Source: Heteronotia binoei (lineage: Eukaryota). From it: 64,000 nucleotides of DNA. A program made the position numbers and the translations under genes. Positions 50,871 through 62,834 of this stretch are shown here, piece by piece; the first letter of the stretch is position 1; the number at the start of each line of letters is the position of its first letter. The stretch is from the NCBI RefSeq assembly GCF_032191835.1, contig NC_083243.1, positions 78,058,001 to 78,122,000 on the forward strand, given 5' to 3'. The notes beneath the pieces were generated by a model that did no database searches, was not told the DNA's origin, and saw nothing but the letters and a program-made list of their open reading frames with translations.

Positions 50871-53497
50871 ACAGTAATCTAGCTCATTCCCATCTCTGGT
50901 TCTTCCCATGTCATCTTCCCCTCTGCCCATTCAGTTTCCTCACATCTTGATGTAAGAAAGGACAATCTACTCATCAACACCACAACTCAGCCCACACTCT
51001 CCAGACTATCCTGTGGGTTCAACAATTTTTTTTAAAAAGCTGCTAGAGCAAATGGCTCCAGGTGATTTAAGCAGGCATCCCATTGTCCTGTTCACAGATA
51101 CTTCTTATGTTGTGAGCCTTTTTGAGTGTGTGTGTAAGAATGCCAGAACACCATGAATCCTTCCTTGATGATTATTTCGTGGATGGGAGAGATCCAGGTG
51201 GTTCTGGAATCCACACCAGCACAGCAGTACTGCAGGATCTCCCTATGGGACAGCATCACTCACACCGCTAAAGGTATGTTATAGGGCTGGTAAGTTGCTA
51301 TACTCCAGTTTTCTGCTCTGAACTCTTATAGCCTGTGACCATTTGTTCTTTAATACCTATAGCCCCACTGATTATACAAAAGTATGTCTCTTGTACAGTT
51401 ATAAGCCTGATTCATTTCCTTCTTTTTGTTTCCTAACCAAGCCACTTTGGAACTGCCTGGCAGAAGCCAAGGATAAAGGAAATTAAGATCATAAATACTG
51501 ATCAACTCCAGTTTTTCACATGCAAGCTTCAGTTGGAGCAGTCCTGGGTCAGGTCTCCTTCTCACAGCTATCTCTGTATGTAACACTTGAAGAAGGGGAA
51601 GAGAGTCTCCAGGATGGCCTTCTGAAGAGAAAGGCAGGGAGGCAGCTGGAGGCCACATTCCCGAAAGACCTTTCCTTTTCTTTGCTCCCTTCCCTTGCTC
51701 TCACTAGCAGGCCTGGTAATAATTAAGAAGAGTACTGCTTTGTAGCCTGGAATGGATGGATTGAATTACATGGCGACTGACAGATGGTTAGCAAGAGGAA
51801 CTCTTCTTGCCAAACTAGGATCCTGGCTTGCATATGTGGGCTCTCCGACCAAATCCAACTCCCTTTTTAAAGAATGTCCCCTCTTGTTCTAAGATCACTT
51901 CATAGGACATGGGTGCCACTGCAAGCAAGGAAGGGAAATGTATAGAGATCAAGCATTGTGTCTGAAGATCAGTGTAATATTTGTTCTGCAGAGGGTACAC
52001 AGCTTGGAAATAGATTGTAAATTATGGCTTCCCAAATACAAAATAGGCAGGTATATACTCTTCCTACATGATAGTGTAATAGGGGTGTAAAAGTTTTAAT
52101 GCTTTCTGTTATTTCCCTGTATCACTAAAGTGTGGAGTGGCTTTTACATTGAAATTTTGTTTCATGTGTAGTTCACTTGAAGTGAAGGCCCAAAATGGCA
52201 TTTCCAGGACCACCAGTTTGTTCTTCCCAGGCACCAGCATACCTGGGTTTACCAGTGGCAACTAGTCTGGAACACTGATACAAACCATTTTTGTTTTGTT
52301 TTTAAGTTTCTGTACCGTATTTATGATTTGTAAAGGCTCCAGGATGGCTTACTGTATAAATGCCAGATAAGTATGGTATCAAAGCTGAACAATAAAATAC
52401 TTTCTGTTAATGTTAATTGACAATCTAATGCTTTAAATGTTAAAGAAAAGTATAGATATCTGACATCTTGTAAGCCTGAGAGTGGACACAGAGAGTGTGG
52501 CAAATTCAGCTGCCAGGCAGGGAGGTATTGTTCAACAGCACAGTCCACTTCCCACCTTTTGCCCCCACCCTAACCCACTCCACTTCTCCCTCAGATGCTG
52601 AAAACAATGTTGAGCTGAAGAATGTACACAGGGACTTTCCTCAAGATGCTGCTTTTTAAAGGTCTGGTACCACGACTTTTCCTCCTCATGGCACTTGGCT
52701 GCATCTCTCTTCACTGCACTGGTGCAGGCAGCCAAATGCCAGCCAACTCCCAGCATACTGTGTAACTAGAAACTGCAGCCACAGATGCTCTGCCCATTTC
52801 TTTGATCCTAATGGTCAACTGGTAGAAACAACTGCAGGGTATAGCAGACTTCTGGCTAGGGTTTGTGTGAGAATCACACGACTTCTACCCTCACACACAC
52901 ATACACAAACTTTGCTGGAACTTGGCATGGTTGAAAAAGCCAAGAGGAAAACAGGCATTGCAATTCCCTCCAGTAAAAGCACAGTGGAGCAGGGCCACAG
53001 ACTGGGTTCAAGAAGCAGATTTTATTAGTTAGAAGAAAAAATAATCTGAAAGTTACAAATACTATGGCAAATGACAGCAGAATTTTTGTTTGAAGAGTTC
53101 CGGTATTTTAAAAAAGTTCTCATACTTTCTAGAAGTCCCTGTAAAGCTCTGAAACCTCAGAGCATCATTCAGCTTGTTCAAACACCAGAGGTAGCTTTAT
53201 GCAGCATCCAGTAGGGACACACAAGTACCCAAATAAACAGCACAGACTTGAAGACTGCATCAAATTGGGATCCCTCGGGCCTGGCATTCTGAGTCTGACC
53301 TGGTATGCTCTTGTTACAGGATTTTGCAATCCAGTAATAAGCGAACATGGCAATGAATGAAGTACCATGGCCCACAAGAGAATCTTTGGTCATGCCAGGA
53401 AAGCTGCCTATGCCTCTTTAATACTGACTGCATGCCAGAAAAATATTCATCTTGGGATCTTAAAACATCAAATCTTTTTTAAAGATTCTTTAAAAAA

Positions 53498-53753
53498 AAG
53501 GGGTCCCCAACCCCCGGGCTGGGAACCAGTACCATGCCGCAGCCTGTTTCCAAAGGACCACGCAGCTTTACCACTCTCCCCAGCACAGCCTTGCCACCCT
53601 GCCCCCCCCCAGCGCCTTCTCTGCCCCCCCTCGCCATTCTCACCATTTTAAGGCCAGGGAAAACACACTGAGGGGGCGGGGGGAGGCTGAATTGGGTGTC
53701 TCCACTCTGCTGGCCCTGGAGCCGGTCCCTGGGGCCAAAAAGGTTGGGGGCCA
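53498..53753. mobile_element. hAT-Charlie-like MITE
   Basis: aggggtccccaacc start and ccggtccctggggccaaaaaggttggggg end. Confidence 0.7.
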
Positions 53754-53995
53754 GTTTTAAAAGACTGCAGTAAAACCAGAAAGTTCTCAGGAAGCCTTTG
53801 AAAGTTTTATCAATGACAAGCAATGTCAACAAAGCACAGCCAAAAAAACCTGGTCAGTTAATACCCATTCAAGTTGCTACACTTGCTAGGAACAAGTGCA
53901 ACTAAACAAAGGTTATGCACACTCAGGGAGACTTTCTTCCAGGCCAAGGTGCTCATTATTGGACTACATAAGCCAGAAGGCTCAATGCAGACTGA

Positions 53996-54232
53996 TACCG
54001 TTTTCGCACACAGCTTACCATGGGGTCACGTTCTTGTTCTCTCCGCAGCATCTGTCAGATTCCCCACTATCTGCGCTGGAGTTACAGGAAGTGCCGCGGC
54101 TTTTGCGTAGCAAATGTAACCTGGGTTTTAGCGGTACTTCCTGTAATTTCGGCGCAGATAGTGGGAAATCCAACGGACTCTGCGGAGAGAACAGGAACGT
54201 GACCCCGTGGTAAGCTGTGTGCGAAAACGGTC
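53996..54232. mobile_element. 237-bp fold-back MITE (PIF/Harbinger-like, TIR .ACCGTTTTCGCAC)
   Basis: Long imperfect inverted repeat; TIR related to GGGCGTTTTCGCAC; flanks tga / aga. Confidence 0.8.
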
Positions 54233-56109
54233 AGAGTCAAAAGACATCTTGCCCCCCGCCCTCACAATAAAGAAGTTAAACTACTGATAATTTGCAAGCA
54301 ACAACAGAAGCCATAATCCATCAGGCACCATCTTTGCTTAATAGCTGAGTGGGCTTCAATTATGAAGACTCTAACACCTCTTACTTCTACATCTTTCTTC
54401 CTAGGGTCTGACTATACCTGACATCTGGTACAAGTTGGGTTGGGGGTCCCCTGACCTGACTAAGTCACATGTACATTTGTGTGGGGTCACCTTAAAAACT
54501 GCTCTGTCCATTGCTGTGGCTCAGAGTGCAGGGGGGAGGGGAAGAGGGGCTTCTGCCTTCATTCCTATGCCATTTTCCTAGAGGAAATGATGGGGTGTGT
54601 GTGTGTGTCTGTTTAACCCTTCCTTGAGCTTCACAAGTCCTAATTCACTTGAACTCCCAACCCAATTTGTGTCACATATCCTGTATAGTTGAAGCCTTAC
54701 CTTTAGGGAGAAGCAACCAAATCTCTGCCCCTAGCAGGGGCACTTCAGTGCTTGAGGATGAGTTTGCTGCATCTGTTCTTTGCTTGGATTATATTATGTA
54801 AACTATTTGAATGCTTATTTTTCAGTATTTTGCTACCAAGATTTAGAGCTTGGATCCAAAATACTGGATGTGGCTTTTCCCTCCTATGCAGCAGTCTTCT
54901 AGGCCAAACCACATGAAAATACTAAACAGAAACTGGTTTACACTAGGTGGAGACACATGTCTAATTAATTAAATACCTCAGCATTTATCTGTGGTTGGAT
55001 GTTCATATTTTGTGAGATTACTGATGTTGCTTTCTGAAATAGAAGATCTGATTAGAGTGAAACATTTTGTTCCTTTCTTTCCCTCAAGATATACCCACAC
55101 ACATGATTTTTGAGGTGAACATGTTCAACAAATATACCATGTTCAGTTATCAGATAAGAGTCAATCACTATGTCTGTTTGGTTCTGTACTGAATGGCTCA
55201 AATAGCTGCCAAACAGGTTTGCACTGATTCTTTACAAGTGTGCGTGCACAAAAAGCCTGCTGATCCAAATGGACTGGCAACCATTAATACTACTAAAGCC
55301 TGCTTAGATCAACACTGAATGGTAGGATTTTTTTTAAAAAAACACCAGTAATAAATGGCTGATTTATATGATTGGTGACTGATTTAACAAGGGTGAGGTA
55401 GGAGTGGTGTTGAATTCTATCATGCTGGATGAGAATTTGCACACTCAAAAAGCCAATTGTTCTGTACTGTTCTGCTGTGAGGAAGGAACAGTAGACCAGC
55501 TGAACACCACAAATGGGTTGAGACAGTCTATCTAAAAATCAGCTCCCTATTCATGACTGGTGAACAGGATGTGGACCCAAATGGCAGATGGTGAAGCATC
55601 CCTGTACACAGCTCTATGTCTACCAGTCCAAAATTACCAATTTGCTATCAATTTCCTGTCCTGTTCAATAATATTTTTGATTATCAATTGATTCATTTCT
55701 CAGAGCTAGGCTAACAACCTGTACACAGAAACACCATTTTATTTTTCTTCATCACAATGTGTTTTCTATTTAAAAGGCTAATGTTCCTCAATTTATTTGA
55801 CACATCTGCAATTTCACTACAGAAACATAAATTCTATGAGCTATTCAGGAATTTCTGAACTATGACAAATTTAACTGTAATTGCTGTGCCACTGTCATAG
55901 AGAACAGAGAAAAAAATGACACACTGGAGGAATTTTGAAACTTAATTTCTGATGAGGTATGATTCAAGTAGTCTGCCTGGCTTTGCATCATAGTTTAGTG
56001 ATTAGACTGTTGGACTAGGATATGGGAGGTTTGAATTCCCACTCTGCCAAGGAAGCTCACTGGTTAAACTTCAGCCAGTTTCTCTATCTCTGCCTATCCT
56101 ACTTCATGG

Positions 56110-56553
56110 GTGTAAGGACTCTTGGGACTCTTTAGCTTGGAGAAACGTCGACTGTGGGGTGACATGATAGAGGTTTACAAGATAATGCATGGGATGGAGA
56201 AAGTAGAGAAAGAGGTACTTTTCTCCCTTTCTCACAATACAAGAACTCGTGGGCATTCGATGAAATTGCTGAGCAAACAGGTTAAAACGGATAAAAGGAA
56301 GTACTTCTTCACCCAAAGGGTGATTAACATGTGAAATTCACTGCCACAGGAGGTGGTGGCGGCCACAAGCATGGCCACCTTCAAGAGGGGTTTAGATAAA
56401 AATATGGACCAGAGATCTATCAGTGACTATTAGCCTCAATGTGTGTAGGTTTATATATATATATATATATATAAATTTTTTGGCCACTGTGTGACAGAGT
56501 GTTGGACTGGATGGGCCATTGGCCTGATCCAACATGGCTTCTCTTATGTTCTT
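56110..56553 (+). mobile_element. CR1 3' fragment, same subfamily as 29521-31189, with an internal (AT)n
   Basis: LGLFSLEKRRLWGDMIEVYKIMHG; ends tccaacatggcttctcttatgttctta. Confidence 0.92.
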
Positions 56554-56630
56554 AAAACGGAGGAGGGTAGAACAATGTTGTAAATCACTGTGCTTTTCTA
56601 CTGGGGAGAAAAAGCAGGATATATATATAA

Positions 56631-56692
<62 letters not shown>
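56631..56692. repeat. (AAT)n microsatellite, ~20 units, abutting a minus-strand L2 tail remnant (56693-56870)
   Basis: Perfect run, followed by tatatcccgccctcccc (reverse complement of the L2 tail). Confidence 0.95.
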
Positions 56693-56694
<2 letters not shown>

Positions 56695-56930
56695 TTATTC
56701 TTATATCCCGCCCTCCCCCGGATTAAGGCTAAGTGGACTTCTTTGGGGCCAGGGATTATCAGCAGATGTTGATCCATGGAGTGTAAGGCTCTCTGGGGGG
56801 TATATGGGAAGAGGTTGTCTCGCAGATATATGGTTTGCAAAAAGCCCGAAAAGCAACTGAGCTGTTTTTGCAGCTTTCATGGGAAACCCCCACTTTCTGC
56901 TCCATTCACAAACTGCACAAATATCTCTAA

Positions 56931-57216
56931 GGGCGTTTTCGCACTGACCTTAATCAGCAGCGACGCCCCTCTTCACCGCGCAGGATCGGCGCGGATTTCG
57001 CACTAATTGCTGCGGAGCACCCGGAAGAGCTGGAAAGTCCCGTGGCTTTTGCGGCACAAATGGAAACTGGTTTTTGGCGGTTTCCGTTTGCGCCGCAAAA
57101 ACTGCGGGACTTTCCGGCTCTTCCGGGTGCTCCGCGGCAATTAGTGCGAAATCCGTGCCGATCCTGCGCGGTGAAGAGGGGCGTCGCTGCTGATTAAGGT
57201 CAGTGCGAAAATGCCC
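56931..57216. mobile_element. 286-bp fold-back PIF/Harbinger-like MITE
   Basis: TIR gggcgttttcgcact / agtgcgaaaatgccc; TAA on both flanks (Harbinger-type 3-bp TSD). Confidence 0.92.
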
Positions 57217-58077
57217 TAAACGTTTGTGGAAATTCATGACAGTGAACCCATCACAAACTTCTGTTCATGAACCACAAACAGGGCAAAGTTCATCATGATT
57301 TTTGTTTCATGGTTTGGTTTGTGCCCATATGTGTTCCAGGAAATGATTTTAAAGGCCTTCTCCCAAGGACATCTCTGCTGAATGCCAGTCCTCCACTGGG
57401 CAAGAGAGAAAAAATGGTATTTTCCCACTGGGATAGAAAGGCCTGCGATCATCTTCCTTCTGGTCTTTGTAATTCCAATGGAGAAATTGCTTTTTCTACT
57501 TCTTGCCCAGAGGAGCCCAGGATTCAGTAGAGAGATGCCATGAGAGAAGGCCTTCAAAGTCATGGCTTGGAATATTCTTTTCCTCCACCACCTCCTTTTT
57601 AAAAATTATATTCTGACATGTAACCTGAGGACGAGTTCTGCTAATAAACATAAGCAATTTTGTTTGGTCAACATAGTTTAACTCATACAATTTTTTCCTC
57701 AAAAAGGCAATTTCCATTACATTTGTGTAGCAACTTTTTAAAATACCCTTCTGAGCAACTGATTATTCAGGTTTAAGGATTAGGTCATCATAGCCAAGAA
57801 TGAAAGTAACAAATGCAATGAAAATATTCTAATGAACTATCATTAGCAGTAAAATATTTATTACACAGAGAATGTAGTTTGCCTATTCAAACTCTTTCTC
57901 AATTCAGATGTGTTGGGACAGCTCCTCAACTGGTTTCAGATTCCTTGTACTACCCACAATGCAGGGCACTTTTGTAAAGTCAATTGCCCTAAAAATATGG
58001 TTTTGGGGAATTTAGAGCGGTTGGCAATCAGCCTTTTAGTGAGATCTAAAAACCTGTTTATATAGAAGGCGTCTGCT

Positions 58078-58689
58078 TGAGAGTTACCCTCCCAGTAACG
58101 AGGCAAGATGGTCTAATAATCAATGGGGTGTTTTATTTAAGGAATAAGGGCAAACATACAAGGGTATAAAATCATACAACATACATACAGGCCTAAGAAA
58201 ACAGATATGAAATTGATAGAGGGGTAACACAAGGGTGAAAACATAGACAGAGTATACGACCTGATCCTGGTGGCTTAAGGTCCAGTCACAACTAGAAGAT
58301 ATAGACATGCACTGCGATTTGCCATACCTGATGCTCTTTACTTAGAGTAGGGAGGGAGGAACAATCTGGTTACATATTGCTCAGGCACAGAGAGTGAGCA
58401 TGGCTTTCTCTCTGGTTATATTATTTTTGGAAAGGAAAAGGTCCTCCCAAAAAGGGGCTGGCTTGTTGGTGGGCAGTATCTAGTCTATTCTGGGTACCTG
58501 ATTGGATGCCCACCTCCAGCCAATGAGCAGACCTGACTCTGGTCACCTGAATGGATCTCCAGGTAACAATGGGACAGAGGGAGGCTCCAAATGGCAGCTT
58601 GGGCAAGGCATGGGTGGAGGCATTAAAACAAACTATACAAACTTATCCAAATGTGACAATAGAGGGCCAAATTGGTACCTAAGGTGACA
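58078..58689 (-). mobile_element. Probable solo LTR
   Basis: TG..CA ends; on the minus strand a CCAAT box (~58501), TATA-like element (~58397) and AATAAA (~58135) in LTR order. No clean TSD found. Confidence 0.5.
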
Positions 58690-59489
58690 CCCAATCTATA
58701 CAAAGAACTCTGGGTCTAGGTGAAGCTGGTCTTCCTCTTCTGGCTAGCACTGCCCATTGTCTAATGTTCCATTTATCAAAGACTTGGGCAGTGTGGCAGG
58801 ACCCACGCTTAAACTGAGCTTGATTGCCTTATGTAGATGTAACAGCTCATTTCTCTGTCATGGAGTCTGGCACTGCAGGAAGATGATCGCTGATGATGTT
58901 AGCCTACCAACATGGCTTTCATGGTCAAGGCTGGAAACCACTTGCCCAGACAGTTCCTGGAGACGCGACTTCTTCCACTGCAACGGCCAAGATGGTACAC
59001 GCACGGAGCAGCTGGAAACCCATCTGTACTCCTGGCTAGCACTCTTCCAGAGATATAGAGTGCTGTTGTAACTATGAGGCTGTTAGTATTCACGTAAGTC
59101 TCTTATAAAATGGTAGATAAAACCCACGTTTCACAGCAGATGTGTGTGAGTTGAATCTCCAGGCACCCTGGCAACCAAACAGGTGATTACGATGTCTGTA
59201 TATAACTGAAATTAGAGGTCTCTTGCTCACACTTTCCATTGTCTGCCCTTTTCAAGACCTGGTGTTGATTTGGGCTGCCTGAATTTCAACCAACTTATGA
59301 TCTTGTAGAACCGACAGCCTAAACCCCTTGTAAATTAACATTATACAGAAGAACTACCTTGCTGGATCAAATTATGGCCCATCAAATTCATTTTGTTTCT
59401 GACACTGGTCAACCAGATGTTAACAATCAATGCATGAAAGTGGTGATCATTCCCTGTGGTTTATCACCAGGACCCCAATATTCAGAGAT

Positions 59490-61230
59490 ATACTATATGC
59501 AGAAAATACCATAAAGAAAGCTGGACCAGATTTAGATGAAAGTGGAGTGAAAATTGGTGGAAGGAACATTAACAGATATACAGATGACACCACATTACTG
59601 GAAGAAAACAGGGAAGACTTGAAAGGACTATTGATGAAGGTTAACACAGAAAGTGCCAAAGCAGGATTACAGCTAAACATCAAGACGACAAAAGTAATGA
59701 CTACTGGGAAATTACACAAAAGGCTGATGATAAAGAAACTGAAATTGTTCAAGATTTTCTACTCCATGGCTCCACTGTCAACCAAAAGGGAGATGGCAAC
59801 CAAGAAACAAAAAGGAGATCCAGACCGGAGAGGGCAGTGAGCTATTAAGGAGTTAGAAAAGATCCTGAAGAGTCTGGCAACTGAGATCAAGTCAATTCAT
59901 GGCATAGTATTCCCCCATTACTACATATGGGTGTGAAAGTTGGACAATGAAGAAAGATGACAGGAAGAAAGTAGATTCCTTATAATGAGGTGTTGAAGGA
60001 GAGTTTTACAGATACTGTGGATCGCCAAAAGACAAATTGGTTTCTAGACCAAAATCAAGCCTGAACTTTCCCTAGAAACTAAAATGATTGATGTGTAACA
60101 ATGTGACAGTTTAATTAAGCACCTCCAAAACTATCACACTTATGTTGAATCAGTTCTCCAGTATTCACCTTCAGAAATGGCATTTTAGGCACACCTAAAC
60201 AGTTAAACAGTGTTCAGATTTATTTGAACAAACTGGCAAGGGAGGAAATCAATACGTACACAGTGTTTAGGATTTGGAATTGGTTGACAGGAAGTTAAAT
60301 ATATTTACAGAACTGCATCTTATGGCACTGAATACACAAGAGACTTTTTAGACTTCAGGGTGTTTTGCTTTCACTGAAGGTATTACAGATGTTACAATGC
60401 TTTTGCTTAGACAGTACTTATTCTTGACTGCCTTATGTTTCCTTTTGAATTTAATATTTATTGGTCACACAGACTTGAGAATTTGGGTTTAAGACTAGCA
60501 TTTCCTACTGAACTCTTTCCTCTGGCAAGATCATTAGTGTCTTCTTCCTAAGATCAATAACTCTGTCTTTTGGCATGTTTAGAGCCATTCAATTCCACTT
60601 CAAACCATTTGCCAAATCCTTATCTTTCAGATTTATAGTCTCTTTAAACTGGATATTAAGCTTATAAATGGAGAACCAATTCCCTTCTCAAGTTGTGTTT
60701 CTGTGTTTTACACACAGAGACTGATTAAACTATTTCAACAGTCTCCTCAAGAGTCTACCCTTTTTCCAAAGCCACACTCCATGGCTCTGAAACAGACTCC
60801 ACTTTTCAGACTCCTCTTACACCAGAAAGTCTCCCAGGCCACCACTCTCTTCTCCAACCAACTCTCCAACTGCCTCTCATACTCCCCTCTACAATTAGCT
60901 GCAGTTCTCCAATCAGAGCGAGTTCCATTAAATGTCAATCAGTTCAGCTAGCTCACTCTCTCTCAAGCAGCACTTCTTATAAGCATGCATCTGCATGCTG
61001 TCCATCACATGAGGATATCATACTTTCGACACATCATGAGAAGCCAAGAGTCACTGAAAAAGACAATAATGTTAGGAAAAGTCAAAGGCAGCAGGAAAAG
61101 AGGAAAACCCAACATGAGATGGGTTGGTTTAATCAGGGAAAATGGCTGTTAATAGGACATTTTGAAGGACATTCATTCATAGGGCCACCATAAGGTGGAA
61201 GTGATTTGACCATACTTAAAAAAACACACA
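59490..61230 (+). mobile_element. RTE LINE 3' fragment split by a solo LTR
   Basis: KIGGRNIN.RYTDDTTLL (59430-59840 ORF), YGCESWTMKK; coding sequence resumes at ~61015 with SYF.HIMR..SL.KTIMLGKV.G.RKRG.P.MRW. Confidence 0.88.
60094..61009 (-). mobile_element. 916-bp solo LTR inserted in the RTE
   Basis: TGT...ACA termini; 5-bp TSD tgatg / tgagg (4/5); RTE sequence is continuous across the insertion; minus-strand TATAAA (~60633) and AATAAA (~60220). Confidence 0.78.
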
Positions 61231-62218
61231 CAGTCTCTTTAAATGGAGGGTCCATTTAGCCCTCAGTTCCTCATAGATCTGTCCTGCATGAAGCCATTAA
61301 ACACTGTCTATCCTCAACTTTTCATCATTCATTAGAAGCCCCTCCCCCAAATAGCAAAGAAGTCCCCTTCTTGCCCTGAGCCACTAACTTTAAAAGATGG
61401 AAGGGAATAGGACTTGCATTGTTTTACCAAGTTCTGCTTCTTTAGAAATGGTGATTTCCAGGCCAATAAAGCAGGTTTGTGTTCTTAACCCTGACTGAAT
61501 GTTCTGCTATATTATAAAACGTATACAAAGACTGTACAGTCATCTGTCCTATTCTTGTCATCGTGGAGCAATGCTAACAACTGAGAAATTGTACAAGACA
61601 GTTGGTTTCCATCTTTGTTATCCTCTCTTATTTTTCCCTTTGCATGTAGCCAGTGAAATGAAAGAAAACATACTGAAGCAGTCAGGTTTAAATTATACAG
61701 CTGTCTTGGAAAAGGACTGTCTGGGGGCTCTTCATAATAGCTTGGTCCAAGTTAATAGTTATTCATGTATTCAAAAGAAGCTGCTACTGCATGGAAGGGT
61801 ACTATTACCAAAAACTGAGGCTGACCCTTCAAGCCTGTGAGAGAAAGAGCAGAACTATCCTGTGTGTGAATTAAACCAAACATGTCTTGAAAGACATGAA
61901 AGATTTACTTGGTTGAGATGTCCAGAATAGCACTCTCAACCCTTGACACTGGAAAGAGAGAAAGAGAGCAATAAACTTAATTAAGCAGAAGTAGTACGCT
62001 TCAGAGTTAGACAGTATCATTAAAGGAGAGAATTACTCAAGGCACTATTAATGTTTTTAATCTTCAGACACCTGATTCCACATGATATTGCTTATGTCGT
62101 TAAAAACTGCTGCTGAGTTAAAACAGAAGACAAAGATGTTAACATAGAACTGAAGGATAAAATGGGTTTTAAGGTTGAAAAGACATATATGAATTGTAAA
62201 CATTATCAATTATGCTAA

Positions 62219-62504
62219 AAGAAGAAGAAGATAGAAGATATTGGATTTATATCCAGCCCTCCACTCCGTAGAGTCTCAGAGCGGCTCACAATCTCCTTTA
62301 CCTTCCTCCCCCACAACAGACACCCTGTGAGGTGGGTGGGGCTGGAGAGGGCTCTCACAGCAGCTGCCCTTTCAAGGACAACCTCTGCCAGAGCTATGAC
62401 TGACCCAAGGCCATGCTAGCAGGTGCAAGTGGAGGAGTGGGGAATCAAACCCGGGTCTCCCAGATAAGAGTCTGCACACTTAACCACTACACCAAACTGG
62501 CTCT
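62219..62504 (-). mobile_element. Young full-length Squam3-like SINE with (CTT)n tail
   Basis: Reverse strand agagccagtttggtgtagtggttaag (A box), gggtttgattcc (B box), core, tail aatatcttctatcttcttcttc. Confidence 0.93.
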
Positions 62505-62834
62505 TCACTGAATGAAGTTTAAAAATATATGTTAAGAAGGGACAAAGTGCAATTGTTATTGTTGGGAAGGAATTTGAGAATATGGAATAAAAATAAAAAA
62601 TTAGTTTGTGTCTGAAAACACCTTTGTGACTCTCAACAAAAAAAGCATACGCTAGATGAGAAATAATAAAAGCATAAATTGTTAACATATTGTGACATAT
62701 TAGAATTTTCTCAAGGGGAATGTAAAATGAAATTAAGAGATTTGATAACAGAAGGATATATTTGCCAATGGCTTTCTTATATACAATTAGCAGAAAGATA
62801 TAAAATAAATAAAAGATATTATGAACAATCCAAG

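Noticed and set aside
53165-53393. Hydrophobic minus-strand ORFs suggesting a membrane protein
   Set aside because: No convincing splice sites or family motif; length within chance expectation.
56598-56772. Poly-Ile ORFs on both strands
   Set aside because: Translation of the (AAT)n microsatellite.
12000-62000. CYP1C1, GCHFR or an endogenous viral gene near RAD51
   Set aside because: No long single-exon ORF, P450 motif, GCHFR peptide or viral protein motif was seen.
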